IMG/VR virus record: IMGVR_UViG_3300028833_000062
Strand: one strand, 5' to 3'
DNA length: 64,000 nt
Source: an uncultured virus (IMG/VR IMGVR_UViG_3300028833_000062)
Taxonomy: Duplodnaviria; Heunggongvirae; Uroviricota; Caudoviricetes
Positions within the stretch are counted from its first letter, which is position 1, and each line of letters opens with the position of its first letter. This document shows positions 39,716 through 48,987 of this stretch, in pieces. Under the pieces are notes generated by a model that saw only the letters and a list, made by a program, of their open reading frames with translations, was not told the origin of the DNA and did no database searches. The translations under genes were made by a program, and so were the position numbers.

Positions 39716-41266
39716 ATGGAAATTAATGCAATGCTTTTGAAGGATTTTTATAAGATGGTACATTTGTCTATGATTCCTTCTAACATGACAAAATCTGTTT
39801 CTTATTTTACTCCTCGTAAGAGTCGAGTAGATTTGTGGCCTAAGGTTGTTAATTTTGGTCTTCAAGCTTTCATTAAAGAGTGGTTGATTGATAATTTTAA
39901 TAAGACATTCTTCAATCGTTCAGAGGAAGATGTTGTAAATGAATATCGTCGTATTTGTGAAAATACTATGGTTAAGGAAAATTACGGCCTTGACCGTATT
40001 GTTGAACTTCATCGTCTTGGTTATCTTCCTATTGAAATTTGGGCTCTTCCTGAAGGTGTAGAAGTTCCTATGCATGTTCCTATTTTTGGTATTACTAATA
40101 CTCATCCTGATTTTGCTTGGCTTGGTCAGGCTCTTGAGAGTCTTATTTCTGCTGAGCTTTGGTACCCTATGATTACTGCTACTGTTGGTCATACTTATCG
40201 TAAGATTGTTGATGAGTGGTATGATAAAACAGTTGATGATAATGTTCCTCATCGCCGTGCTCTTGGAAACTTTGATTTCCGTGGAGATATGGGTGTAGAT
40301 GCAAGTCTTAAGGCTGCTGGTGGATGGCTTCTTTCATTTGTCAATACTGCAACTGTTCCTGCAATTCCTTGGATGGAAAAGATGTATAATTGTAACTGTG
40401 AAAAGGAAGAAGTTGGTTTTGGTGCTGTTTCTACTGAACATTTTGTAATGTGTTCTAATTCTGCACTTGATACCGTTCTTTATCCTGATGATGTATATGA
40501 ATATAAGGATATTGATCCTCACCGTGAAAGAGTTTTCATCAAGAAGCTTCTTACTGAGCTTTATCCTAATACTTCTTTCTCCTGTGTTTCTGATAGCTAT
40601 GATTATTGGAATGTAGTTGAGAATATCCTTCCTACTCTTAAAGATGAGATTCTTGCTCATAATGGTTGTATACTTGTCCGTGGTGACTCTGGAGATTGTG
40701 TAGATGTAGTTACTAAGACTGTATTTAAACTTTGGGATATCTTTGGTGGCACTGTAAACTCAAAGGGTTATAAGGTTCTGAATCCTCATATTAAGGCTCT
40801 TTATGGAGATTCTATTACTGTAGAACGTGCCTGGAGAATTTTCTCTATTCTTGAGGAAAATGGTTTTGCTGCAAATAATGTTTCTCTTGGTGTAGGTAGT
40901 TTCAGTATGCACTGTATTGAGGAAGATGGAATGTTAAAGCCTTTTACTCGTGATACTTTCTCTTCTGCAATTAAGGCTGTTTATGCAGAGTTTACTGATG
41001 AAGATGGAAATATCATTCCTATGAATGTATATAAGGATCCTAAGACTGACCGTGATACTGGAGCAGGATTTAAGAAGAGTCAGAAGGGTTGTTGTGTTGT
41101 ATTTAAGGATGAAAATGGTGAATATCAATATACAGATGAACATGATTGGCTTCACGCTTCTAATTCTTATATTCAGGAACTTCGTCCTATCTTTAGAAAT
41201 GGTGAACTTCTTGTAGATGAATCTCTTAATGATATTCGTCAGAGACTTAATGAAAATAAATTTTAA
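39716..41266 (+). CDS. NAMPT/NadV-family phosphoribosyl- or ADP-ribosyl-transferase
   Basis: DFYKMVH, NFDFRG, STEH, VSDSYD, VRGDSGD, LYGDSIT, GVGS, TRDTF, KDPKTD..KKSQKG. Confidence 0.9.
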   Translation: MEINAMLLKDFYKMVHLSMIPSNMTKSVSYFTPRKSRVDLWPKVVNFGLQAFIKEWLIDNFNKTFFNRSEEDVVNEYRRICENTMVKENYGLDRIVELHRLGYLPIEIWALPEGVEVPMHVPIFGITNTHPDFAWLGQALESLISAELWYPMITATVGHTYRKIVDEWYDKTVDDNVPHRRALGNFDFRGDMGVDASLKAAGGWLLSFVNTATVPAIPWMEKMYNCNCEKEEVGFGAVSTEHFVMCSNSALDTVLYPDDVYEYKDIDPHRERVFIKKLLTELYPNTSFSCVSDSYDYWNVVENILPTLKDEILAHNGCILVRGDSGDCVDVVTKTVFKLWDIFGGTVNSKGYKVLNPHIKALYGDSITVERAWRIFSILEENGFAANNVSLGVGSFSMHCIEEDGMLKPFTRDTFSSAIKAVYAEFTDEDGNIIPMNVYKDPKTDRDTGAGFKKSQKGCCVVFKDENGEYQYTDEHDWLHASNSYIQELRPIFRNGELLVDESLNDIRQRLNENKF

Positions 41267-41522
41267 TTATGAGTATTGTTTGGAAAAATATTGACAATCT
41301 TCATTGTTACAGTGGAGAAACCAGACCTCAAGATGGGGCTGCACTTATTGCAAAGGTTAAATATATTGGAATGAATGATGTTCCATATTATGAATTTAGA
41401 CTTTGTAAGTATGATGAAAGAAATGATGATGTTTGGGACACTGAAAGAGATTATTGTGGAAGTATTCCATTTGATAGAGTGATTAGTTGGATTTATCAAT
41501 CTGAATTAAGTGATTTAATGTA

Positions 41523-41972
41523 ATGAATCATCCATATAATACAGAAGGACTTTTCAATAGACTAATGAGAGAGTATCTGGAATATGATACTCTCTATATT
41601 GGTTTTGATTTTGACAATACTATTTGGGATTATGATACTTATAAAAACAATTATGATCCTAAAAATACTGATGCACAATTTACTGAAGTAATTGAACTTC
41701 TTAAACTTTGTAAACAAGCAGGAATGAAACTTTGTCTTTGGACAAGTTGTCCATCTCAAGAGGAAGAAGATAAGAAAGTAGAAATTTGTAAAGAATGGGG
41801 AATTGAACCAGATTATATCAATTGTTCTCCTCTTTCTCCAGGTGCTAAGAAACCTCATTTTAATGTTCTTCTTGATGATAAAGCTGGTCTTGAAGCTGTT
41901 TATCATGTTCTTAGTAAACTTCTTTTAATAAATGCTACATATAATTATATGAATAAAGATAATGTATCATGA
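41523..41972 (+). CDS. HAD-superfamily phosphatase
   Basis: GFDFDNT (motif I), LWTS, KP..LLDDKAG. Confidence 0.75.
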   Translation: MNHPYNTEGLFNRLMREYLEYDTLYIGFDFDNTIWDYDTYKNNYDPKNTDAQFTEVIELLKLCKQAGMKLCLWTSCPSQEEEDKKVEICKEWGIEPDYINCSPLSPGAKKPHFNVLLDDKAGLEAVYHVLSKLLLINATYNYMNKDNVS

Positions 41973-42397
41973 ATATAAATGAAAATATAATTATAACAGG
42001 ATTTGGACCAAATGATTATAAAACTTTTTATGTACCAGATACATTTAAGTTTATTATAATTAGAGAAATTACTTTACTTAAAGATTGTTATGATGAACAA
42101 GAAGTACATTATTTTGATATCAAAAAATCAAAAATTCCAGAAGGAACAACACTTAAAATAAAATATAGATGGACTAATCTTTATGGTGTATTCTATAGAT
42201 GTGAATACAATGGAGAAACATATGATATTAATAGAGCAGATTGTAAAGAAGGACCATTATGTATAGGTAATTTTATTGGCTTACTTCCAGAAAATTATGG
42301 TGAAGGTCTTTGGGATAAAAGAGATTGGGATCCAAGAGAAGCTGGATATCAAGAAATTGATTTGGAAGAATATATTGAAAAAGTAAAGAAAAGTTAA
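41969..42397 (+). CDS. hypothetical protein
   Basis: ORF within an operon. Confidence 0.6.
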   Translation: MNINENIIITGFGPNDYKTFYVPDTFKFIIIREITLLKDCYDEQEVHYFDIKKSKIPEGTTLKIKYRWTNLYGVFYRCEYNGETYDINRADCKEGPLCIGNFIGLLPENYGEGLWDKRDWDPREAGYQEIDLEEYIEKVKKS

Positions 42398-42421
42398 AGA
42401 AATAAATATCTATATTAATAT

Positions 42422-43270
42422 ATGAAAGGTATAAAAGATTTTTTAAAAGATAAACATAATTCACATGATATTGAATATTGGTCTAAAGAAAATCATTTAT
42501 TAAATGATATAAATGAATTTTTTGGAGAAGATATTCCTATTTATATAAAAGAAAAATTAATGAATGATGAATATGTTGATTACATCTATGAAAATCTTAA
42601 ATCTCATGATGCTGAAAAATTAAAGAAAAAATTAAAGAAAGAGTATGGTGATAGTATAAGTTTTCAGGATTATTCAGGTAAAGAAAAGAAATCTTTTATA
42701 ATTATACTTAATGATGATAATCTTCTTGATTTTTATAATCCAGATAATGATGAAAATGCTAATTTTGAGAAGATTGAAAAATTCAATAATATATTAAGTT
42801 TCTTTAATTATTATGTTTCATATAATGATGAAGATAAAGGAAAGAAATATCTTTTTATTGAACCAAGATATTCAGATAATGTAAGTGATGAAGTATTTAA
42901 TTCTCATAAATATATTTATCATTTTACAGATAAATCTTCAGGAAGGAAAATATTAGAAACTGGATTAAGAATTAGAAAATCAGATTATAGAGAATATCCA
43001 CAAAGAATATTTCTTTATGTTACAGATAAGAAGATAGAAGATGATATAGAAAATATATCTAAATTTATACTTAAAGTATGTAATGGACATTTGATAAAAA
43101 GATATGGTTTATCTATATTAAGAATTGAAAATAATGGTAAATTAGATTTATATAATGATACAGCAATGGAAGAAGATGAAGCTGTATTTACATACAATAA
43201 TATTCCATATCAATATATAAAGAAAGTTAATGTTAATTTAACTTATGAAGATTTAATTAAATATAAGTAA
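42422..43270 (+). CDS. putative ADP-ribosyltransferase-fold (Tpt1/KptA-like) protein
   Basis: C-terminal domain YHFT..KILETGL..RIFLY..ILRI..AVFT.NNIP. Confidence 0.55.
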   Translation: MKGIKDFLKDKHNSHDIEYWSKENHLLNDINEFFGEDIPIYIKEKLMNDEYVDYIYENLKSHDAEKLKKKLKKEYGDSISFQDYSGKEKKSFIIILNDDNLLDFYNPDNDENANFEKIEKFNNILSFFNYYVSYNDEDKGKKYLFIEPRYSDNVSDEVFNSHKYIYHFTDKSSGRKILETGLRIRKSDYREYPQRIFLYVTDKKIEDDIENISKFILKVCNGHLIKRYGLSILRIENNGKLDLYNDTAMEEDEAVFTYNNIPYQYIKKVNVNLTYEDLIKYK

Positions 43271-43818
43271 ATTATGAGTTTTCCAAAAAGAAATATAAAA
43301 AAATCAGATCCAAGTGATACTGATTTTAAAATAAAAAGACTTATTGAAGGAGATACTTTCTATAATTATAATGGAGAATTAAATCATATAGTTCATTTAT
43401 TTGCTGATAAAAATATTGATATTGTAGTTTATAAACATTGGAATCCATCTAGAGGGTGGTTATATGAAGCAGATACTCTTGAATTAGTTTTATATAGAAT
43501 TTGTTTACTTTATAAAAATTTAGCTGATAAATCTAAATCAAATAATTTAAGAAAGAAATTTTTTGAATTGAATAATATTTCATATGAAGGTTATTGATTG
43601 TTTTGGAAAGGAGTTAAAAGATGGTGATGATATTCTTATAGCTAGATATGATGAGAATATGTTACCAATTATAAATTGTGGAATTATTCTTGAGATGACA
43701 GATAAATATATGGTTTATTCTGTACAAGAATGGAAAGGAGATGATGAGATAATAACTAATATAAAAGTATCATTTAAAGATAATTGTCAATTTAAAGATA
43801 TATATAAAATAAGATAAT

Positions 43819-44307
43819 ATGTTTACTAAAGCAGAAAGATCAAGTTTCCCATATTGGTTTGCACACTGGGCAGCCTATCAAATGACTGCATTAAATTGTA
43901 AAGCATGGAAATTCAAATATTTATTCCATGATGCAGAAAAGCCTTGGTTGAAGTTGTTTTTACCATATAAGAAGGTTCAGACAATTCATAGGAAGACTAA
44001 TAAACATCATCCAGAATGGTTGGAGAACAAACTTGAAGAAATGATAAATAAACATGAAGGTATTGGTTCATATGATGTATTCAAATTTTTAAATAAGTTT
44101 GATTATGAAGGAGCAATTCTTGATTGGGAATGTTGTCATTTTACAAAAGTAGAAGAACCACTTGATGCACATGATGAATATAAAAGATTACTTAATCATG
44201 ATACTTTTAGTAAGAAATATCCATGTATAACTAAATATTGTTATAATGAATTTAGTAAAAGATTAATAGATGCTATAAAAAAATTAGGACTTGAAAATGA
44301 ATATTAA
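43819..44307 (+). CDS. HD-like (DUF5662-type) phosphohydrolase
   Basis: H..HDAEK..HRKTNKHHPEW..ILDWE. Confidence 0.6.
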   Translation: MFTKAERSSFPYWFAHWAAYQMTALNCKAWKFKYLFHDAEKPWLKLFLPYKKVQTIHRKTNKHHPEWLENKLEEMINKHEGIGSYDVFKFLNKFDYEGAILDWECCHFTKVEEPLDAHDEYKRLLNHDTFSKKYPCITKYCYNEFSKRLIDAIKKLGLENEY

Positions 44308-44656
44308 TTTAGAACCATCAATAATACCTTATGATAATGGAGTAATTGAAATATGTTTTAGTCCAGAATTTCAAAGGATATATGATGCAGAGGTTGATTA
44401 CATAGATTATATAATGGATTGTCATTATGAAGATCCTATTCATTGTAAAATATTTACTTTTAAAGATATTTATCAATTTAATAAAGAGATAGAAGATTTA
44501 AAAGACATGTTTAGATTTGAAATGATGAATTCATATACAATTGAAGCAATTAAAGTTAAAGTAATGGATTTATGTAATAAATTTATAAATGGTAGTATGA
44601 TGGCAAAATCCAGTGATTACTATTTTATGTGGGACAATCAAAAAAATTATTAAGAT

Positions 44657-45418
44657 ATGAAATTTAATGTAGAAAAAGCAACTGAAGGAATTATTAAATG
44701 GATTCAGAATTGGTTTGATAAAAATGGTAAAGGATGTAATGCAGTAATCGGTATCAGTGGAGGTAAAGATAGTACTGTATGTGCAGGACTTCTTGTTAAG
44801 GCTCTTGGAAAAGATAGAGTAATTGGTGTACTTATGCCTAATGGAGGACAAGCAGATATTAATGATTCATATAAAGTATGTGATTTTCTTGGTATTAATA
44901 AATATGTTATTAATATTGAACAAGCATATCAACATATTCTTCGTAGTATGGTATTTAATTTAATAAATGTTTCAAAACAGACAGAAGAAAATCTTCCTCC
45001 AAGACTTAGAATGAGTGTTCTTTATGCTGTTTCTCAGTCTGTAAATGGTAGAGTATGTAATACATGTAATCTTTCTGAAGATTGGGTAGGTTATTCTACT
45101 CGTTATGGTGATAGTGTTGGAGATTTCAGTCCTCTTAGCAATTATACAGTTACTGAAGTAAAAGAGATTGGACATTATCTTGGTCTACCTGCTGAACTTG
45201 TTGATAAAACTCCTATTGATGGACTTTGTGGAAAATCTGATGAAGAAAATCTTGGATTTACTTATGCTGAGCTTGATCAGTATATTAGAAATGGTATTCT
45301 TCCTTCACCTGAAAAGAAAAAAATAATTGATGATAAACATGTTAAGAATGCATTCAAACTTTGTTTAATGCAAGTAGCTCCTCAATATGGATATCCAGAA
45401 ACTTTAAATTATGATTAA
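44657..45418 (+). CDS. nadE: NH3-dependent NAD+ synthetase
   Basis: GISGGKDS, GVLMP, NL.PRLRM, TCNLSE..VGY.T.YGD, KTP.DGL, DE.NLG.TY..LD; no glutaminase domain. Confidence 0.92.
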   Translation: MKFNVEKATEGIIKWIQNWFDKNGKGCNAVIGISGGKDSTVCAGLLVKALGKDRVIGVLMPNGGQADINDSYKVCDFLGINKYVINIEQAYQHILRSMVFNLINVSKQTEENLPPRLRMSVLYAVSQSVNGRVCNTCNLSEDWVGYSTRYGDSVGDFSPLSNYTVTEVKEIGHYLGLPAELVDKTPIDGLCGKSDEENLGFTYAELDQYIRNGILPSPEKKKIIDDKHVKNAFKLCLMQVAPQYGYPETLNYD

Positions 45419-45654
45419 TAAAGAAGACCTTTTAAAATATATAGATGAATCTCTTGATGATTTAGAAGATGAACAAGAATATAATGAACATTTATATAAA
45501 GCAGGAGATAATCCATATTGGGTACCAAAAGATAAAGGTCATCTACCATTAGATAGTTGGTATGGATATGAATCTTTAATTTTACAATTAGAAAATTTAA
45601 AGAAAAGAATACTTAAAGAAGATTTTAGTTATTCTTGGAAGAAAAGAGAATATA

Positions 45655-45687
45655 AAAAAGAGGAAGATTAAACTTCCTCTTTTTTTA
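45655..45687. terminator. bidirectional terminator
   Basis: AAAAAAGAGGAAG-attaaa-CTTCCTCTTTTTT. Confidence 0.8.
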
Positions 45688-46234
45688 TTATTGAAACCAT
45701 TTTATTTAATGTGTCTTCATCTAATTTTTCATAATTATCAGGTTTTGGATCAAATTTAGATGCACCATCTTTTAATTTTACTACAGGAGTATTTGTATTT
45801 TTTTGAGAACTTTTCCAAAAATGAGCATATAAATCAAATTCCATTTTTTCTTCTCTAATTTCTTCTAAAATATTTAAACATTCTTCTTCTGGAATAATTA
45901 CTTTAGTATATCCATTACCAGAATGAAAAGCATAATTATATTTATCAATTTTAGAAACATCTGTTCTATTAATTTTTATATAATCTGTTTTATAATAAGT
46001 AGCTAAATTTAAATGAGTTAAATATTCAAATTTAATAAGTGTTTTTGATATATTTGTTATTTTTATAACTTCAATTTTTATTTTTTCAGTATATCTTGTA
46101 CCTGAGTCACATAAATATAAACAGATATCACCGACTTCATATAAATCAGTTAAATTCTTAATTATTTTATCTTTTACTTTAATATCTTTATTAAGATGTA
46201 GTTTCTCTATTATATATAAATTAAGTAGTTTCAT
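45668..46234 (-). CDS. KLHL-leader family protein
   Basis: MKLLNLYIIEKLHLNKD. Confidence 0.75.
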   Translation of the reverse strand: MKLLNLYIIEKLHLNKDIKVKDKIIKNLTDLYEVGDICLYLCDSGTRYTEKIKIEVIKITNISKTLIKFEYLTHLNLATYYKTDYIKINRTDVSKIDKYNYAFHSGNGYTKVIIPEEECLNILEEIREEKMEFDLYAHFWKSSQKNTNTPVVKLKDGASKFDPKPDNYEKLDEDTLNKMVSIIKKEEV

Positions 46235-46662
46235 TATCTAATATCATGTAATATTATATATTTCATTAATTCATATTCATCTGGTTTATTTCCAAGTTTA
46301 CTTGGTCCATCTGTTATTTTATATGTTCCTGCTGGAGCTTCCCAAGTAGCATTATTACTAAAGCTTGTATTCTTATTATTTATAAATGTTACTTCATATT
46401 TTACAACTGCAGAAACTCCACCATCAGATTCATACCAATATTTTATAATAACTTTCTTAATATTTTTTAATTTACTAGCATATTTTTCATCTTCACTAAG
46501 ATCATTAATAAATTCTTTATAATCATTAAGATTCATTTTATCTCTAAAATCAGTACTTTTTACACCATTTGAATAATGTATATATTCAATATCTATATCA
46601 TTAATTTTAATGTCTCTATTAAGATGAAGTTTTTCTAATATGTAATTATTAATTTGTTTCAT
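46234..46662 (-). CDS. KLHL-leader family protein
   Basis: MKQINNYILEKLHLNRD. Confidence 0.75.
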   Translation of the reverse strand: MKQINNYILEKLHLNRDIKINDIDIEYIHYSNGVKSTDFRDKMNLNDYKEFINDLSEDEKYASKLKNIKKVIIKYWYESDGGVSAVVKYEVTFINNKNTSFSNNATWEAPAGTYKITDGPSKLGNKPDEYELMKYIILHDIR

Positions 46663-47087
46663 TATTCACATTCTTCAATATCTTTATCATAATTAAGAAA
46701 AATTATTACATCATTTATACCACCTTTTGAATCTTTAATTAAAAGACCATCTTTTTCCAATGCCATTATTTCTAATCCTTTTTCAAAAAAGATAGTATTT
46801 ATAAATAGCTTTTTTGCTTTATCAATATAAGGATAATTACAATAACAATCAAATAATTCATCTAAATCTTTAACTTGTTTTTTAGTTTCTTTATAATCTT
46901 CTTCATTAAGATATACATCAAAATTTTTTAAATATGGTCTTTTATCTATATATCTTTCTATTGTTTCACGAAATTTTGGATTTTCATAAATCAATACTTT
47001 ACATACTTTATTATATAATTCTGAAGAAATTTTTAGATTTTTATTAAGATGAAGTTTTTCTAATATGTAATTATCTATTTTTTTCAT
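46662..47087 (-). CDS. KLHL-leader family protein
   Basis: MKKIDNYILEKLHLNKN. Confidence 0.75.
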   Translation of the reverse strand: MKKIDNYILEKLHLNKNLKISSELYNKVCKVLIYENPKFRETIERYIDKRPYLKNFDVYLNEEDYKETKKQVKDLDELFDCYCNYPYIDKAKKLFINTIFFEKGLEIMALEKDGLLIKDSKGGINDVIIFLNYDKDIEECE

Positions 47088-47427
47088 TTGCTCTAAAATT
47101 ATTTATATCATCTGCATGTAATTCTTTAATTCCATTTTTATTTGCCCATTCTCTTGGTGATTCATTATTTAAATCAGTAGGAGTAAAATTATCCCATCGT
47201 TCAATAAATTCATCAACTAAATCTTCAGGAGATACAAATATATAATGATTTCCCAACTTTCCTCTGTTGGTATCCATATAATTAACAATTGCTCTTAAAG
47301 AATTTAATACAACATGACCTTCATCTGTTCTACCAGTTCTAAAAAATAATATATATTTATTATCTTCTATAACAATATTTTTATTAAGATGAAGTTTTTC
47401 TATTATATATTGTTTTAAATTATTCAT
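47071..47427 (-). CDS. KLHL-leader family protein
   Basis: MNNLKQYIIEKLHLNKN. Confidence 0.75.
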   Translation of the reverse strand: MNNLKQYIIEKLHLNKNIVIEDNKYILFFRTGRTDEGHVVLNSLRAIVNYMDTNRGKLGNHYIFVSPEDLVDEFIERWDNFTPTDLNNESPREWANKNGIKELHADDINNFRANEKNR

Positions 47428-47890
47428 GATACCAAGATGGCTTTTTTATTAAATTTGGACAATTATTAAACATATCATTTGTTTTTACATCTTTATTAAT
47501 TTTCCATTCTTCTAATCCTTTACCAGTAAATGAATCACAATTAGCAAACATTCCTGTCATATCTTTTACATTAGATACATCCCATAGTGATAAATCACAA
47601 TTAAACCAATCTGCCCAAGAAAACATACAATTCATTGATACACAGTTTGATACATCCCATTTAGAAATATCAATATTTTTACAATCACTTCCATTAAATA
47701 CTGAATCTAAATTTTTAATATTACTTACATCAATGCAATTCAAATCAGCATTTTTATTATTTTTAGTTAGTTTTTCAATTAAATCTACTAATTCATCTTT
47801 ATTTTGTGGATAATATTTATAATGAGAATTAACATTAATATCTTTATTTAAATGTAATTTTTCTAATATATAATTATTTAATTGTTTCAT
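47420..47890 (-). CDS. KLHL-leader protein with DUF285 repeats
   Basis: MKQLNNYILEKLHLNKD; WDVSN repeats; C-terminus PSWYHE as in 20551..21228. Confidence 0.82.
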   Translation of the reverse strand: MKQLNNYILEKLHLNKDINVNSHYKYYPQNKDELVDLIEKLTKNNKNADLNCIDVSNIKNLDSVFNGSDCKNIDISKWDVSNCVSMNCMFSWADWFNCDLSLWDVSNVKDMTGMFANCDSFTGKGLEEWKINKDVKTNDMFNNCPNLIKKPSWYHE

Positions 47891-47910
47891 ATATTTTATC
47901 TATTACTTTA

Positions 47911-47922
47911 TATATAAAAATA
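47911..47922 (-). promoter_or_regulatory. late-type promoter motif TATTTTTATATA
   Basis: Exact motif 20 nt upstream of ATG at 47890. Confidence 0.7.
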
Positions 47923-47967
47923 ATATTTTGCTTTTTCTATATTAATATATAAATATTTAGTTAATAT

Positions 47968-48897
47968 ATGATATTAATGATAGATGGCCGTACTGATATT
48001 ATTCAATATTATAGTAAATGGCTTGAAAATAGATTTAATGAAGGTTTCTTATATACACGTAATCCAGCTTACCCATTAAAGGTTCAAAAAATAATTCTTG
48101 ACCATGAACATATTGATGCTATTATGTTTACTAGCAAAAATTTTGCTCCAGGTATGGAATTAATTAAAAAACTTGACAAAGAATATCCTTGTCTTTATCA
48201 TTATACAATAACAAGTTATGATAAAGATATTGAACCTGGTGTTCCAGATATAAATTCATCCATGAATACTTTAATTGAATTAAGCAATATTGTTGGTAAA
48301 GAAAAAGTATTTTGGAGATATGATCCTGTAATGTTGACAGATAAGTATACATTAACATATCATCATAATATGTTTATTGTAATGTCTAATAAATTAAGTC
48401 CATATATAAATAGATGTATTTATTCATATGTAAATCTTTATGAAAAAGTAAAGAGACATATGCCTGAACTTGAATCTTGGACAGATGAAAAGAAAATAGA
48501 AGTTGCTAAAATATTAGGTAGTATTGCTAATAAATATGATGTTAAAGTACAAACATGTAATTGTAATCTTGATTTAACAGAATATGGTGTTGGTAAATCT
48601 GGATGTATTACTAAAGAAATAATCAATAATGTTCTTGATTTAAATGTAAAAGATTTAAAATCAAATGGTTCTTTAGGATGTGGACATTGTTATCCTGTTG
48701 TAAATATTGGTGAATATAATACTTGTCTTAATAAATGTAAGTATTGTTATGCAAGTAGTGATTTTGAAGCATGTGAAAAGAATTTTGCTAAGCATAATCC
48801 AAATTCACCATATTTAATTGGAGAAGGAACAATTAATGATGAAATAGTCGAAAGAGCATGTCAATCAGTAAAAACTAATGAATTAAATTTATTTTAA
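47968..48897 (+). CDS. DUF1848 family (radical-SAM/spore photoproduct lyase-like) protein
   Basis: GRTDI..YY..W, WRYDP, C-terminal NIG.YNTC.NKCKYCYA; ends ELNLF (clamp-binding-like). Confidence 0.82.
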   Translation: MILMIDGRTDIIQYYSKWLENRFNEGFLYTRNPAYPLKVQKIILDHEHIDAIMFTSKNFAPGMELIKKLDKEYPCLYHYTITSYDKDIEPGVPDINSSMNTLIELSNIVGKEKVFWRYDPVMLTDKYTLTYHHNMFIVMSNKLSPYINRCIYSYVNLYEKVKRHMPELESWTDEKKIEVAKILGSIANKYDVKVQTCNCNLDLTEYGVGKSGCITKEIINNVLDLNVKDLKSNGSLGCGHCYPVVNIGEYNTCLNKCKYCYASSDFEACEKNFAKHNPNSPYLIGEGTINDEIVERACQSVKTNELNLF

Positions 48898-48987
48898 TTT
48901 CTATATTATATTATCTAAGAATGTTATCCGACTTTTAAATAAGTCGTCAATATATAACATTATTATAAAAATATTTTTACACATTTT

